64,000 nt of DNA, from positions 6,020,072 to 6,084,071 of the forward strand of contig CM082593.2 in NCBI GenBank assembly GCA_040954595.2, written 5' to 3'. This stretch comes from Balanoglossus misakiensis. Its lineage: Eukaryota > Animalia > Hemichordata. Made by a program: the position numbers and the translations under genes. Under the pieces are notes generated by a model. It was not told where the DNA came from. It made no database searches and saw nothing but the letters and a program-made list of their open reading frames with translations. Below are positions 51,501-64,000 of the stretch, one piece after another (the first letter of the stretch is position 1; every line of letters starts with the position of its first letter).

Positions 51501-54500
51501 CAGCTACCTCATGCTGACACGTTGACTTATGTCACTCCACAAGAATAAAAAATTTGCTACGCGTGTGGTAAGTTTTGGTCGCAGAAGTACACGGAGCTGA
51601 ACCGACCATTCATGCCGAGAGACGATCCACGGGAGATGAACGTTCCGTGTACACTGAAGCGTGCTTAATGCGCGCACAAGGGCGCCAATTCCCTCTATCC
51701 ACAACTTCGGTGCAATATGGGAAATTATTGGCATCTTGACCTACGGACAGGTCCCTGCTTGACCTTGAGAGTCCTTCACGAATTACCGATCCAATGCTAC
51801 AAGCAGTAACGATAGATATAAATGGCACAATTTTGAAAGTACAACCATGAAAATAATGCAAGTAAGTGGCAGCTATCAGGGCTTTAAAGAGCTTAATAGT
51901 CTCAATTTCACATGGTGTGACGAAAATTCACGAGGCTGATGTACTGCTTTGTCCTAGCTGTGCTCGGGCTGACGACGTGGCAATCAAGGCCGACCACTTG
52001 TTTCTTTCTGTAAAAATCGATGGAGTGAAACCGGACTTCTCACGTTTCCTGCCGCGAATCGTCCTTTCCACAGTGACCTACATAAAAGACCTTACAAAGG
52101 TTACAACTGCCTTAGTGCCCCAGTGGTCAGGCAAGGACAGTCCTGGTGGGCATAATGACCTCAAATTATTTTCACAGTTCCAAGATCACGTCACCCGTTA
52201 CATACATCTGTTTACTGACATTTGTATTTTTGTCTAACCTTGGAAATACTTCCACAACATCGCAGCTTGTCCCTCACCGACGACGACAGGGCCAATTTAT
52301 CTCGCGAGAAAACCGAACAGAAAACGAGACGAGAGTGATGACGACGAGAGCTGCTCGTGGCGAGGGAGGCTTTAATCGGAAGCCCTGCCTCTGAAAACTT
52401 GTCAGATATTTATAACATCATTAAACAGTCACAAAGGATGATTTTTTCCTTCGCCAAAATCTAAACTCGCCAAACATCGCATCCGCTTCACTCTGTTTTT
52501 TTCTGATGCGTCAACCCTGAGTGTTTTTACATCCTGTCAGCTATAGTGAGTTGGTGGTATCCAGCATTGCAGCGTCAGATGGAAAATCGCTTCAATCTCT
52601 CTCACCTGAGAGCTCCTTTGATTTCAGCGACAGGTGTGTTGCCCAACGACGATTCTGGTGGCCGAGTATCGAATGACAAGATGATGCAAGACCACCCCTT
52701 AGAACCCAAACAAATTCGCCGAAGTCGAATCTTGTATGAATGTAATGAAGCATTACCCCTATCATCCACTCCAAACATTTTACCTGCTCACTGTATAGGT
52801 GCATGTTGCCGCACCAGACGTGTCTCGTTTGAAGAGCCTGTCCTCAGGGCCACTGGTAGCCGAGTGCCATGTGCAGTTTCCATGCGCAAAACTGAAGCCA
52901 GTGATTGTGTTTCTGGCTAGCTGCAAACGTGTCTCTATTGCAAGGGTTTTCAGTTACTCTTCAGCGCCTTGTCCATTACACACGATAGATTCTTTTTGAG
53001 TAGTCTTATTCTGCATTAAGCCCAACAAAGTCGTCTTTTATTCAAAATCGTCCGGGTCTCCAGTTGAAGGGTTCTTGTTGGTTATTGTGGAGCGGCACTG
53101 ATCTGTGTAAAATGCGAGAATACTGCGGCAAATGCAACCACTCGATGACTTGCATGGAGCGGCATTCGCAATTCCAAATCAAAGCTGGACGCTCGTTAAT
53201 GAGCGCGCGATTTAACAGGTCCAAAAAAACACCCTCACCAGCGGCTCCGTCGACTTCATTATTGGCCCTTCCCGTCACAGAAGTGGTGTCCGTGTACACA
53301 GATTACTCATGGGCACCGGGCTCGCGTGAAAAGGCGCTCAAATTATAGATCTTAAGAAGACATCATAGCGCATTGTTACAGTAATTTGAAAGTGACTGCC
53401 CACTTTCAATAGACGCTTGGTCCCTGGGGATTTCTGGGTGAGGGCACCGTCAACCATGCTGTGCGTTGCTAGTACCGAATTTTGAGGACCACTTTAGACC
53501 CACCAACAATTCACTCTCCAGTACACCCGTGTCAGGAAGTCAAATTACTTCATTACATCGCCACATGAGTATCTGTTTGGTCGATACTTGAAAGTTGCTC
53601 CCGGACAATTTGTTTGTCCACCACAAGATCTATTTGTTGGTCTCCCCATTCAGGCGTTTGTCTGGCTCGCCGCAAAAGACAAGCGGTCTTTTATGCGTTG
53701 GAGACAATTTTGGCCCCAAAGCATCCGCACAAGAATGGACTGTTAGACAACCGATACGTATCTCGACCAGCTTTTGAAACTGGGTCGCACTCATATTGTC
53801 TGGACTTCCAAATTAATAATCTATCGTGGGGAGCTGAATGGGCACTTTGTATTTTGGTGAAGACAAGTTGTAAGAAGGAACGTGTCTTCGACTTGCAAGA
53901 TTTTCAATTCTGGTCAAGATTTTCAATTCTCGCCAAACGTTACCTTAAAAGTTAACCTTACGTCTACATCTTATTTTGTCTGTCTTTGTTGTGGGCCTGG
54001 CATAACAGTTTCAAAATACATCTTTGGTGTTCTCGTTAAGATCACTGTGACAACCATGCAGTACCCTTCTATTGTAGCGATGACAGTAAATAGCTCCTTT
54101 CAAATGAATGATTTTTAGAAAAACAGGTTAGGCTTCTTTTAAGTCCACGAGTAAAGATTGAGTTGAAACTAATCACAACAATGTGACAATGGTTTCACAA
54201 TAAAGCCAGTGTCCCGTGTCGTATTTGTGTTTTGGGGCTAAGCTCGTCTCACTTTCTCTGTCTTCTCTGTCTTCTCCCAATCTGCCGTCCCCTGACATGG
54301 CATATTTATCTGTTAATGCTATTACTGTAGGTAAATCGACCACGTTCCAGAAATCAGTCATTTGTGGCAATTCTTGGCGCCTGGTTGGGAGGATCATACC
54401 GACATTTTTTCAAGACTGCACATCCGACAACACCATCGATCATGCGCATTAAGTATATTTCCATGCATTTGTGATTGGATTGTGGCCAAAAGGATTGAAT

Positions 54501-56348
54501 ACTTGGACGTCGGTTTTGCTTCGCATGTTTATTTTTTCTATAATGATTTCTTGTTTCTCAGACAGTTTCTTCCCCGACCTATAAACTAAACTTCGTGCCC
54601 ACTTCTTTTACCGTACTTCAGCGCGTTTTGAATTTTTGGATTTCAGGGTGTTGTACTTTGAGATCAGTCAATCACGTTCGCGTCAGAAGCCTCTATCTCA
54701 CTCTTTCAATCTCGGCTTGTTGTTTCTTCAGGGTGGCAAGACCCCAAGGCGAGGCTTAGGGATGAGATATTAGCAGTCCACCGTTTGAATGAACCCGTCT
54801 AACCCGAGACATTACCCGTTCCCCCGATGAAGTCCAAGCGACGACCAAGATCAACCGGAAGTGACAAGCAGGTAGATTCACTGCGATGGAAGTGTGACTT
54901 ACACAAACGTGAGCAAAGTTTACCATATCCGTTTCTTGTTTGTTTGTTCGTGATTGCATGTTTCCGGTATATCTGACGAGAGGGGAACTGTCGATGGGGA
55001 CGGGTTCTTCACCACATCTTGAGTGATTTAAAGGGCGATGACTGGTGAATTCGTCGAATGGACGTCTTCCCTTGGATAATGATTTCCAAATGTGCTCTGA
55101 GCATTGCATACATGTCATTTCATCGATTTGTAGCTGAAGGTCAAACGTCAGGGGCTATACATCTCATAGCAGGCCGTTTCCAAGGCCATTCCCACCATTT
55201 GCCAAATAATGAAATTAAGAAAGCTAGTAGATTTGAATTAGAAATTATTATTTTTGCAAAAAATTATAATTAAATTGTAACAGATCAAAGCCGCGACCAA
55301 CGTAAGGTATTGTATTTTCGGATTCCTTTATACGGAGTCCGTGTCCCTTCACATTATATTCAAGTTCAACGTTAATTGCTGTGTCGATCAAGAAGTCAAG
55401 GGTAGATGAAAAGTGTTTCACCGATGAATGCTTCTGAGAAATGTGACAGCTTGTTTTCGAATTCATCTCATAATTCATAACCAAGATAGTTCATCGACCT
55501 TTTTGTTGCAATACCAGTACGCAGCCTCTCGACGATGTCAATGCCCGAAACGAATGGCTTTAACAACAGATGATTCGAAGCTACGACCCGGGGTAGAAAT
55601 TATGCTCCATAGGCTGGCTCATCAGCGTTAGTGATAGGCCATGTACGGGTTAATTGTGGAAAAAAACACAAATAAGGGATATGGTACGAGCCCGGATGTC
55701 ACAATTTGAAGGATTAACGCATTATGTTCTGCTGGTCTGATTGATCATTTTGCCTTGGTTTTCCAGCTTTCAGCTCACGTGAATAACGGCTCCCAATTTT
55801 TGAATTTGAAATCTGAGCCATATTAGAATCGGATCGTCATTAGGGCCTATAGTCCAACGCGAACTTATCATAAGGTAACGTGCACTTGAGGGCATATCGC
55901 ATCGAATTAATCATTCATTCCCGGTGATTCAGTGTCTGGGCTGACCAATGACCTTTTTGTCAATTAGTGGGACTTGGGTGCCTGGAATAGCGGAGTGATT
56001 CGTTCGGGGCGGTTGCTCCGGGGCAGGCGGGGCCAGTGTTTATTTTCATTCGGGTTGAAGCAACTGTTACATCCCGACACTCAGTTTTTTTCCTCCCAGT
56101 CCAAGACACCGCAGCAGGAACAAAACGAGTGTTCGGCCGATCGGTCAGTGACTTCGGGGCAACTTTCAAGATGCAGCCGATATTAAGAATCAAATGCGTC
56201 AAACAAGCCACGATACTTCACCTTACTCACTCGCCTTGACCATCACAACTTCTGTGTGGTGAAATTCTGCAAACGAGAAATTTGAAATTTTGGTATGCTG
56301 TAATCCGCCCATATTTTATTTCTGATGTCACTCACGTCTACCTTCCCG

Positions 56349-56390
56349 TACCTACCTACCTACCTGCCTACCTATCCACCCACCCACACC
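56349..56390. repeat. (ACCT)n/(ACCC)n short microsatellite
   Basis: tacctacctacc..cacccaccc seen directly. Confidence 0.7.
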
Positions 56391-58870
56391 ATTAATATCA
56401 AATTAATGTCTCATGCATAGATTTTTGACCCCGGGGGAATAGAAACAGAAGGCTTTGAAATTAATATTGGGTACATCTGTAGTTTCCGCTTAAAACCTAA
56501 TTTGGCCGTCACGTGACAGGTGTGCCGATGTCTCTGCGAGAGCACTCTTGGTGTTTGCGCAGTTGTGGTTTTGGGAGTTAACTTTGTTGGCTTCGTTGCG
56601 TTTCCAAGCAACCCAATCAGAGCTGGTTAATAGGTGAGGATTCGCCATAGTGAAAATATGAATTTAAATAAGGTCTCTGTTCTTCAACCCCCCTCTCAGT
56701 GTTTATCTAAAGTAACCGTTGTTTCAAATAACGGGAGTCTGTACGGTGTCAACCAAAGAACACCAAACGTTCCCATTGTGGGGTCCTGTCATTAGTGAAA
56801 ACGACTACTCAAACATTATCTCTTTCGTGTGTTTGCCTGGCTCTAAATTCACAAGAAAGGTCTGAAATAATATTGATGCTCCGTCCCGATGATTGTAAGT
56901 GCAGCGCCTTTTACGGCGACGCTCGAAGAAAGGGTCCAATTCACAAAAGTGGCCTGAATGGAGCTACAACGGAAACAAAACATTGTTTGGGATGTGTAAA
57001 CATTCGCGCCAGGACTCAACAAAGCACGTTACAAGTTTAGATAGTCATCGATAAATCAGAATTCAATTAAAGTTGTCACTGCGATTAAACAACAATAATT
57101 AAAACGAAAACGACACAACAATCGCGAAGAAAGGCCCTCTGTTCTCGCCGGACAAAGGTGCCGTGAATGGGGACAAACTAAGCGTCCAAATATTTTCAAT
57201 CGCCGACGTGACTTGAACAGGTACTACACACACTGATGGTGGCTCTCTGGGCTTCGCGCGATATTAAAATATTGAACTTTCGTTCTCTTGAAGTGGCCGA
57301 CATCTTGGTGACCACAAAAGGCAACATTGGCGACACGGATCCTGCATCTTTGACAATACATCTTTCAGTCATTCCGGAGCCCTTGTTTTGACAACCGTTA
57401 TTATTGGTATTTGCTCTGCGTGATGTAGGGAGCACGCAGGCGACAGCGGACAACGCCAGTGTCAAGCGCTGCATGTAACAAAATGTAAGCGCTTCTATAA
57501 TCGCCTTGGTAGTTGACGTAATATTCCGTAGCAACCACATGATCGGCCACAGAAACGAGTCAAAACAGCGAAAAATAAGTATGAAAACTGCGGCGTTTCT
57601 TTGTGTCCATTTTTGGCCGGCGTTTGGTAACAAAGATTATTCTATGTCAGATAACTGAGAAGACAATTTCTCAGTACAACATCAGTGGCGTCAGACTTTG
57701 GATTTCGCAAATATCGGCCCAGTATCATTCTCAAACGACACACATTGACAACAGTGTTCTGACAGCTTTTCGAGAAATCACTGTTTTCATTCTCTGACGT
57801 CATCACGCGCCGACCGGAGAACTTCTCACCCAAAGCCGCCAGAGCGACAATGCTCAAGGACATTTGGTCCGGCTGACTACAATGAACGCGAAACCACAAA
57901 GATGGCAAATATCGTTGACTTCTTTCCGGCGCAAGCTATATAAGTGACAACAGACGAAAGGCGATATTATTAAGGCCATTGAAACGACTTTGTATAAACG
58001 ACCGGATCCGTCGACTTTGTTGGATTCTGTGGTGAAGGAACCGTGTCCCTGACCCAAATCATGCTTTCACATTGGTACAGGATACGAACGTGACAGAATA
58101 GTCCAAGATTTCGTGATATGCAATAACTCCCAAATTCCCACAGAGCTCTAAAACATTTTATAAGATTGCATGCTTAAAACTGTCTTGCAACATCGAGTAT
58201 GCAGTTACGTTCAAACTTGTCCACTCATACTTGAAGGACGCCCCCACCGTGTGAAGTGATGGATTTTTAAAACGTTGATGCGTTCAATTATTTTTGTAAA
58301 GTCCCAACATATTTCTGCATGTCTTTCCTATATCCTTAGCATATATTTACTCACTCGACAACCTAAGTTTAGAATTAATTCACTTGACAGTCTGGTATTG
58401 TTCAAATCAATTTGTATCATTTTAGCAGATTCCATGTATTTTCCTGATTGGTTTTGTCTTGGTTGCATCATTGTTTTGATTGCCAGTCCCTGATTGGCTG
58501 TTTCTTGCAATGACCACAGTTGGTTTGCTGGCTCCAATTAGCATACATAGTTCATTTATGCAAATCACTATCACCAGCAGTCTGTAAATGGTCAGTCTGC
58601 CTAGGCAAAATTTGTTTATCAATAGATCCACGACAGACTATGAAAAATTTGGGTGGTTGCTTGCACGTTTTTCATGTCCGCGTTTCGTTTGACCTTCACA
58701 GTAAAAAACTAAATTATTCCTTCCAATTTTCCAGACTTGGATTAACTGTCCGCTGAAGATGACATCATTCCAGGTAAGTCGTGGCTTTTTAACACTCTGT
58801 GAGCAGAAACATGTCTGCAAGTGCAAGTCCAGCAAATTTGTCTGAGAACATTTGTAAGTCGCTATTGTTC

Positions 58871-59069
<199 letters not shown>

Positions 59070-59587
59070 CTAAGCATATGGGAAACGGCGTTGTTCACTT
59101 TGTGCAAATGTCTACACACGCTTTGTTCATCTTTGCTTCAGGGGAAAGAATCACGTTCTAAACGTGCCTGTTGTAATATGTATCTCTAAATTCTCTTCAT
59201 TTTAATGGTGTATTTGTCTTCATGAATCTTGCTTTGAATTTCTTCATTGTACTTTTAGAACGTTGTGGATGCAACACTTCAAGTCCAACCGACCGCGTGG
59301 TCTTCAATGGAGCAGCGAAGGTACGTCACTCATTTCAATTACTCAATAAGATTCAGTCAGTCAGATACGTTGATGGCAGACAATCACGTTCATGTTGACT
59401 TGCTCGACATTGTATTTTTTTATTATGTAGGCTGGGGCAGTTGTCCATATTATTCAGTCAGAGTGCAACACATCAGTCATAGTTGCCCAGGTTTCAAAAT
59501 AACTTCGAAATTTTTTGAAATGAAGGGTCTTCCAATACTTGCATTTTCTAATACTTACTTACCTTGTCTTTTCAGATCATCCACACA

Positions 59588-59753
59588 ATGGCTGGACTTT
59601 ACTTTGTCACGATTTTATAGAAAATAAAACAAAATAAAGTACAAACTTTGGTGTGTTTGTTTTTTTCACGATGGCTGGACTTTACTTTGTCACGATTTTA
59701 TAGAAAATAAAACAAAATAAAGTACAAACTTTGGTGTGTTTGCTTTTTCACGA
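59588..59753. repeat. 83-bp tandem duplication (2 near-identical copies)
   Basis: atggctggactttactttgtcacg..ttttcacg begins at 59588 and again at 59671. Confidence 0.95.
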
Positions 59754-59921
59754 TTAACTCTATACTTAGAAATTAAAAAAAAATATTTTAACACTAACAC
59801 TAACTATACTTAGATTTAAAAAAAAACTTTGAAATTTTTTCACGATTGACTCTATAAGCCATGAAAAGGCCAAAAACAGCAAAATTCACAAAGTCAAGAA
59901 TTTGCCATTATTTGAAGCGGG

Positions 59922-60075
59922 ATGGGTTATAAGCCATGCATGAAAATTGTCAAAAATCGACGATTTTCCGACTTCGCGGATATTGTTGTTTATATCATTT
60001 CTGGACATTTTTCACGGGTTACAGCTCATGAAAATTGTCAAAAATCGACGATTTTCCGATTTCGCTGATTTTGGT
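59922..60075 (-). repeat. Diverged, inverted copies of the 88-bp satellite monomer
   Basis: atgggttataagccatg..aaaattgtc..ttttccgacttcgcg resembles the reverse complement of the monomer; about 2 copies. Confidence 0.75.
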
Positions 60076-60107
60076 GTTTATGTCATTGGTGTTTATGGTG
60101 CTTATGT

Positions 60108-63100
60108 CAAATTTTGATATTTCGCAAAGTCGAAAAATTGTCATTTTTGGATGATTTTCATGGGCTATAACCCATGGTTTTTTCAAAAAAATGAAGAAAT
60201 TTTCATATTTCGCGAAGTCGAAAAATTGACATTTCTGGATGATTTTCATGGGCTATAACCCATGGTTTTTATCAAAAAACCACCAAATTTTGAACATTCG
60301 CGAAGTCGAAAAATTGACATTTCTGGATGATTTTCATGGGCTATAACCCATGGTTTTTATCAAAAAACCACCAAATTTTGAAAATTCGCGAAGTCGAAAA
60401 ATTGACATTAAACCACCAAATTTTGAAAATTCGCGAAGTCGAAAAATTGACATTTCTGGATGATTTTCATGGGCTATAACCCATGGTTTTTATCAAAAAA
60501 CCACCAAATTTTGAAAATTCGCGAAGTCGAAAAATTGACATTTCTGGATGATTTTCATGGGCTATAACCCATGGTTTTTGTCAAAAAACCACCAAATTTT
60601 GAAAATTCGCGAAGTCGAAAAATTGACATTTCTGGATGATTTTCATGGGCTATAACCCATGGTTTTTGTCAAAAAACCACCAAATTTTGAAAATTCGCGA
60701 AGTCGAAAAATTGACATTTCTGGATGATTTTCATGGGCTATAACCCATGGTTTTTGTCAAAAAACCACCAAATTTTGAAAATTCGCGAAGTCGAAAAATT
60801 GACATTTCTGGATGATTTTCATGGGCTATAACCCATGGTTTTTATCAAAAAACCACCAAATTTTGAAAATTCGCGAAGTCGAAAAATTGACATTTCTGGA
60901 TGATTTTCAGGGGCTATAACCCATGGTTTTTATCAAAAAACCACCAAATTTTAAAAAATTCGCAAAGTCGAAAAATTGACATTTCTGGATGATTTTCAGG
61001 GGCTATAACCCATGGTTTTTATAAAAAAACCACCTAATTTTGAACATTCGCGAAGTCGAAAAATTGACATTTCTGGATGATTTTCATGGGCTATAACCCA
61101 TGGTTTTTATCAAAAAACCACCAAATTTTGAACATTCGCGAAGTCGAAAAATTGACATTTCTGGATGATTTTCATGGGCTATAACCCATGGTTTTTATCA
61201 AAAAACCACCAAATTTTGAAAATTCGCGAAGTCGAAAAATTGACATTTCTGGATGATTTTCATGGGCTATAACCCATGGTTTTTATCAAAAAACCACCAA
61301 ATTTTGAAAATTCGCGAAGTCGAAAAATTGACATTTCTGGATGATTTTCATGGGCTATAACCCATGGTTTTTATCAAAAAACCACCAAATTTTGAAAATT
61401 CGCGAAGTCGAAAAATTGACATTTCTGGATGATTTTCATGGGCTATAACCCATGGTTTTTATCAAAAAACCACCAAATTTTGAAAATTCGCGAAGTCGAA
61501 AAATTGACATTTCTGGATGATTTTCATGGGCTATAACCCATGGTTTTTATCAAAAAACCACCAAATTTTGAAAATTCGCGAAGTCGAAAAATTGACATTT
61601 CTGGATGATTTTCATGGGCTATAACCCATGGTTTTTATCAAAAAACCACCAAATTTTGAAAATTCGCGAAGTCGAAAAATTGACATTTCTGGATGATTTT
61701 CATGGGCTATAACCCATGGTTTTTATCAAAAAACCACCAAATTTTGAAAATTCGCGAAGTCGAAAAATTGACATTTCTGGATGATTTTCATGGGCTATAA
61801 CCCATGGTTTTTATCAAAAAACCACCAAATTTTGAAAATTCGCGAAGTCGAAAAATTGACATTTCTGGATGATTTTCATGGGCTATAACCCATGGTTTTT
61901 ATCAAAAAACCACCAAATTTTGAAAATTCGCGAAGTCGAAAAATTGACATTTCTGGATGATTTTCATGGGCTATCAACCATGGTTTTTGTCAAAAAACCA
62001 CCAAATTTTGAAAATTCGCGAAGTCGAAAAATTGACATTTCTGGATGATTTTCATGGGCTATAACCCATGGTTTTTGTCAAAAAACCACCAAATTTTGAA
62101 AATTCGCGAAGTCGAAAAATTGACATTTCTGGATGATTTTCATGGGCTATAACCCATGGTTTTTGTCAAAAAACCACCAAATTTTGAAAATTCGCGAAGT
62201 CGAAAAATTGACATTTCTGGATGATTTTCATGGGCTATAACCCATGGTTTTTGTCAAAAAACCACCAAATTTTGAAAATTCGCGAAGTCGAAAAATTGAC
62301 ATTTCTGGATGATTTTCATGGGCTATAACCCATGGTTTTTGTCAAAAAACCACCAAATTTTGAAAATTCGCGAAGTCGAAAAATTGACATTTCTGGATGA
62401 TTTTCATGGGCTATAACCCATGGTTTTTGTCAAAAAACCACCAAATTTTGAAAATTCGCGAAGTCGAAAAATTGACATTTCTGGATGATTTTCATGGGCT
62501 ATAACCCATGGTTTTTGTCAAAAAACCACCAAATTTTGAAAATTCGCGAAGTCGAAAAATTGACATTTCTGGATGATTTTCATGGGCTATAACCCATGGT
62601 TTTTGACAAAAAACCACCAAATTTTGAAAATTCGCGAAGTCGAAAAATTGACATTTCTGGATGGTTTTCATGGGCTATAACCCATGGTTTTTGTCAAAAA
62701 ACCACCAAATTTTGAAAATTCGCGAAGTCGAAAAATTGACATTTCTGGATGATTTTCATGGGCTATAACCCATGGTTTTTGTCAAAAAACCACCAAATTT
62801 TGAAAATTCGCGAAGTCGAAAAATTGACATTTCTGGATGATTTTCATGGGCTATAACCCATGGTTTTTGTCAAAAAACCACCAAATTTTGAAAATTCGCG
62901 AAGTCGAAAAATTGACATTTCTGGATGATTTTCATGGGCTATAACCCATGGTTTTTGTCAAAAAACCACCAAATTTTGAAAATTCGCGAAGTCGAAAAAT
63001 TGACATTTCTGGATGATTTTCATGGGCTATAACCCATGGTTTTTGTCAAAAAACCACCAAATTTTGAAAATTCGCGAAGTCGAAAAATTGACATTTCTGG

Positions 63101-64000
63101 ATGATTTTCATGGGCTATAACCCATGGTTTTTGTCAAAAAACCACCAAATTTTGAAAATTCGCGAAGTCGAAAAATTGACATTTCTGGATGATTTTCATG
63201 GGCTATAACCCATGGTTTTTATCAAAAAACCACCAAATTTTGAAAATTCGCGAAGTCGAAAAATTGACATTTCTGGATGATTTTCATGGGCTATAACCCA
63301 TGGTTTTTATCAAAAAACCACCAAATTTTGAAAATTCGCGAAGTCGAAAAATTGACATTTCTGGATGATTTTCATGGGCTATAACCCATGGTTTTTATCA
63401 AAAAACCACCAAATTTTGAAAATTCGCGAAGTCGAAAAATTGACATTTCTGGATGATTTTCATGGGCTATAACCCATGGTTTTTATCAAAAAACCACCAA
63501 ATTTTGAAAATTCGCGAAGTCGAAAAATTGACATTTCTGGATGATTTTCATGGGCTATAACCCATGGTTTTTGTCAAAAAACCACCAAATTTTGAAAATT
63601 CGCGAAGTCGAAAAATTGACATTTCTGGATGATTTTCATGGGCTATAACCCATGGTTTTTGTCAAAAAACCACCAAATTTTGAAAATTCGCGAAGTCGAA
63701 AAATTGACATTTCTGGATGATTTTCATGGGCTATAACCCATGGTTTTTGTCAAAAAACCACCAAATTTTGAAAATTCGCGAAGTCGAAAAATTGACATTT
63801 CTGGATGATTTTCATGGGCTATAACCCATGGTTTTTGTCAAAAAACCACCAAATTTTGAAAATTCGCGAAGTCGAAAAATTGACATTTCTGGATGATTTT
63901 CATGGGCTATAACCCATGGTTTTTGTCAAAAAACCACCAAATTTTGAAAATTCGCGAAGTCGAAAAATTGACATTTCTGGATGATTTTCATGGGCTATAA
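60108..64000 (+). repeat. 88-bp tandem satellite array, about 44 copies, runs off the window
   Basis: Monomer gaaaattcgcgaagtcgaaaaattgacatttctggatgattttcatgggctataacccatggttttt(a/g)tcaaaaaaccaccaaatttt; period checked (62101 to 62541 = 5 x 88). Confidence 0.99.

Noticed and set aside
60108-64000. CRISPR-like appearance of the palindromic repeat array
   Set aside because: Head-to-tail identical monomers with no unique spacers, no cas genes, eukaryotic context; it is a satellite.

Overview
Eukaryotic (invertebrate-type, probably deuterostome; taxon inferred, not shown) genomic DNA with GT-AG introns. The main feature is a complete minus-strand ADAMTS2/3/14-type procollagen N-proteinase gene, ATG 35999 to TGA 8921. 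I assembled it by hand into 23 phase-consistent coding exons (3210 nt, 1069 aa): signal peptide, prodomain, reprolysin domain with HETGHVLGMEHD, disintegrin-like, TSR1, Cys-rich, spacer, three more TSRs and PLAC. The most notable observation is that catalytic-domain exon 7 is tandemly duplicated (15038-15185 and 14801-14945). Both copies are intact, strongly diverged and have the same splice phases, which is the signature of mutually exclusive exons giving two versions of the protease domain; a decayed third copy may lie upstream. Downstream on the minus strand are the first two coding exons of an espin-like ankyrin-repeat gene that runs off the left edge. 36.2-57.8 kb has no recognisable coding sequence. 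The right end holds a possible small spliced plus-strand transcript, a long (GT)n, and an 88-bp satellite array (about 44 copies, running off the edge) with an inverted junction.
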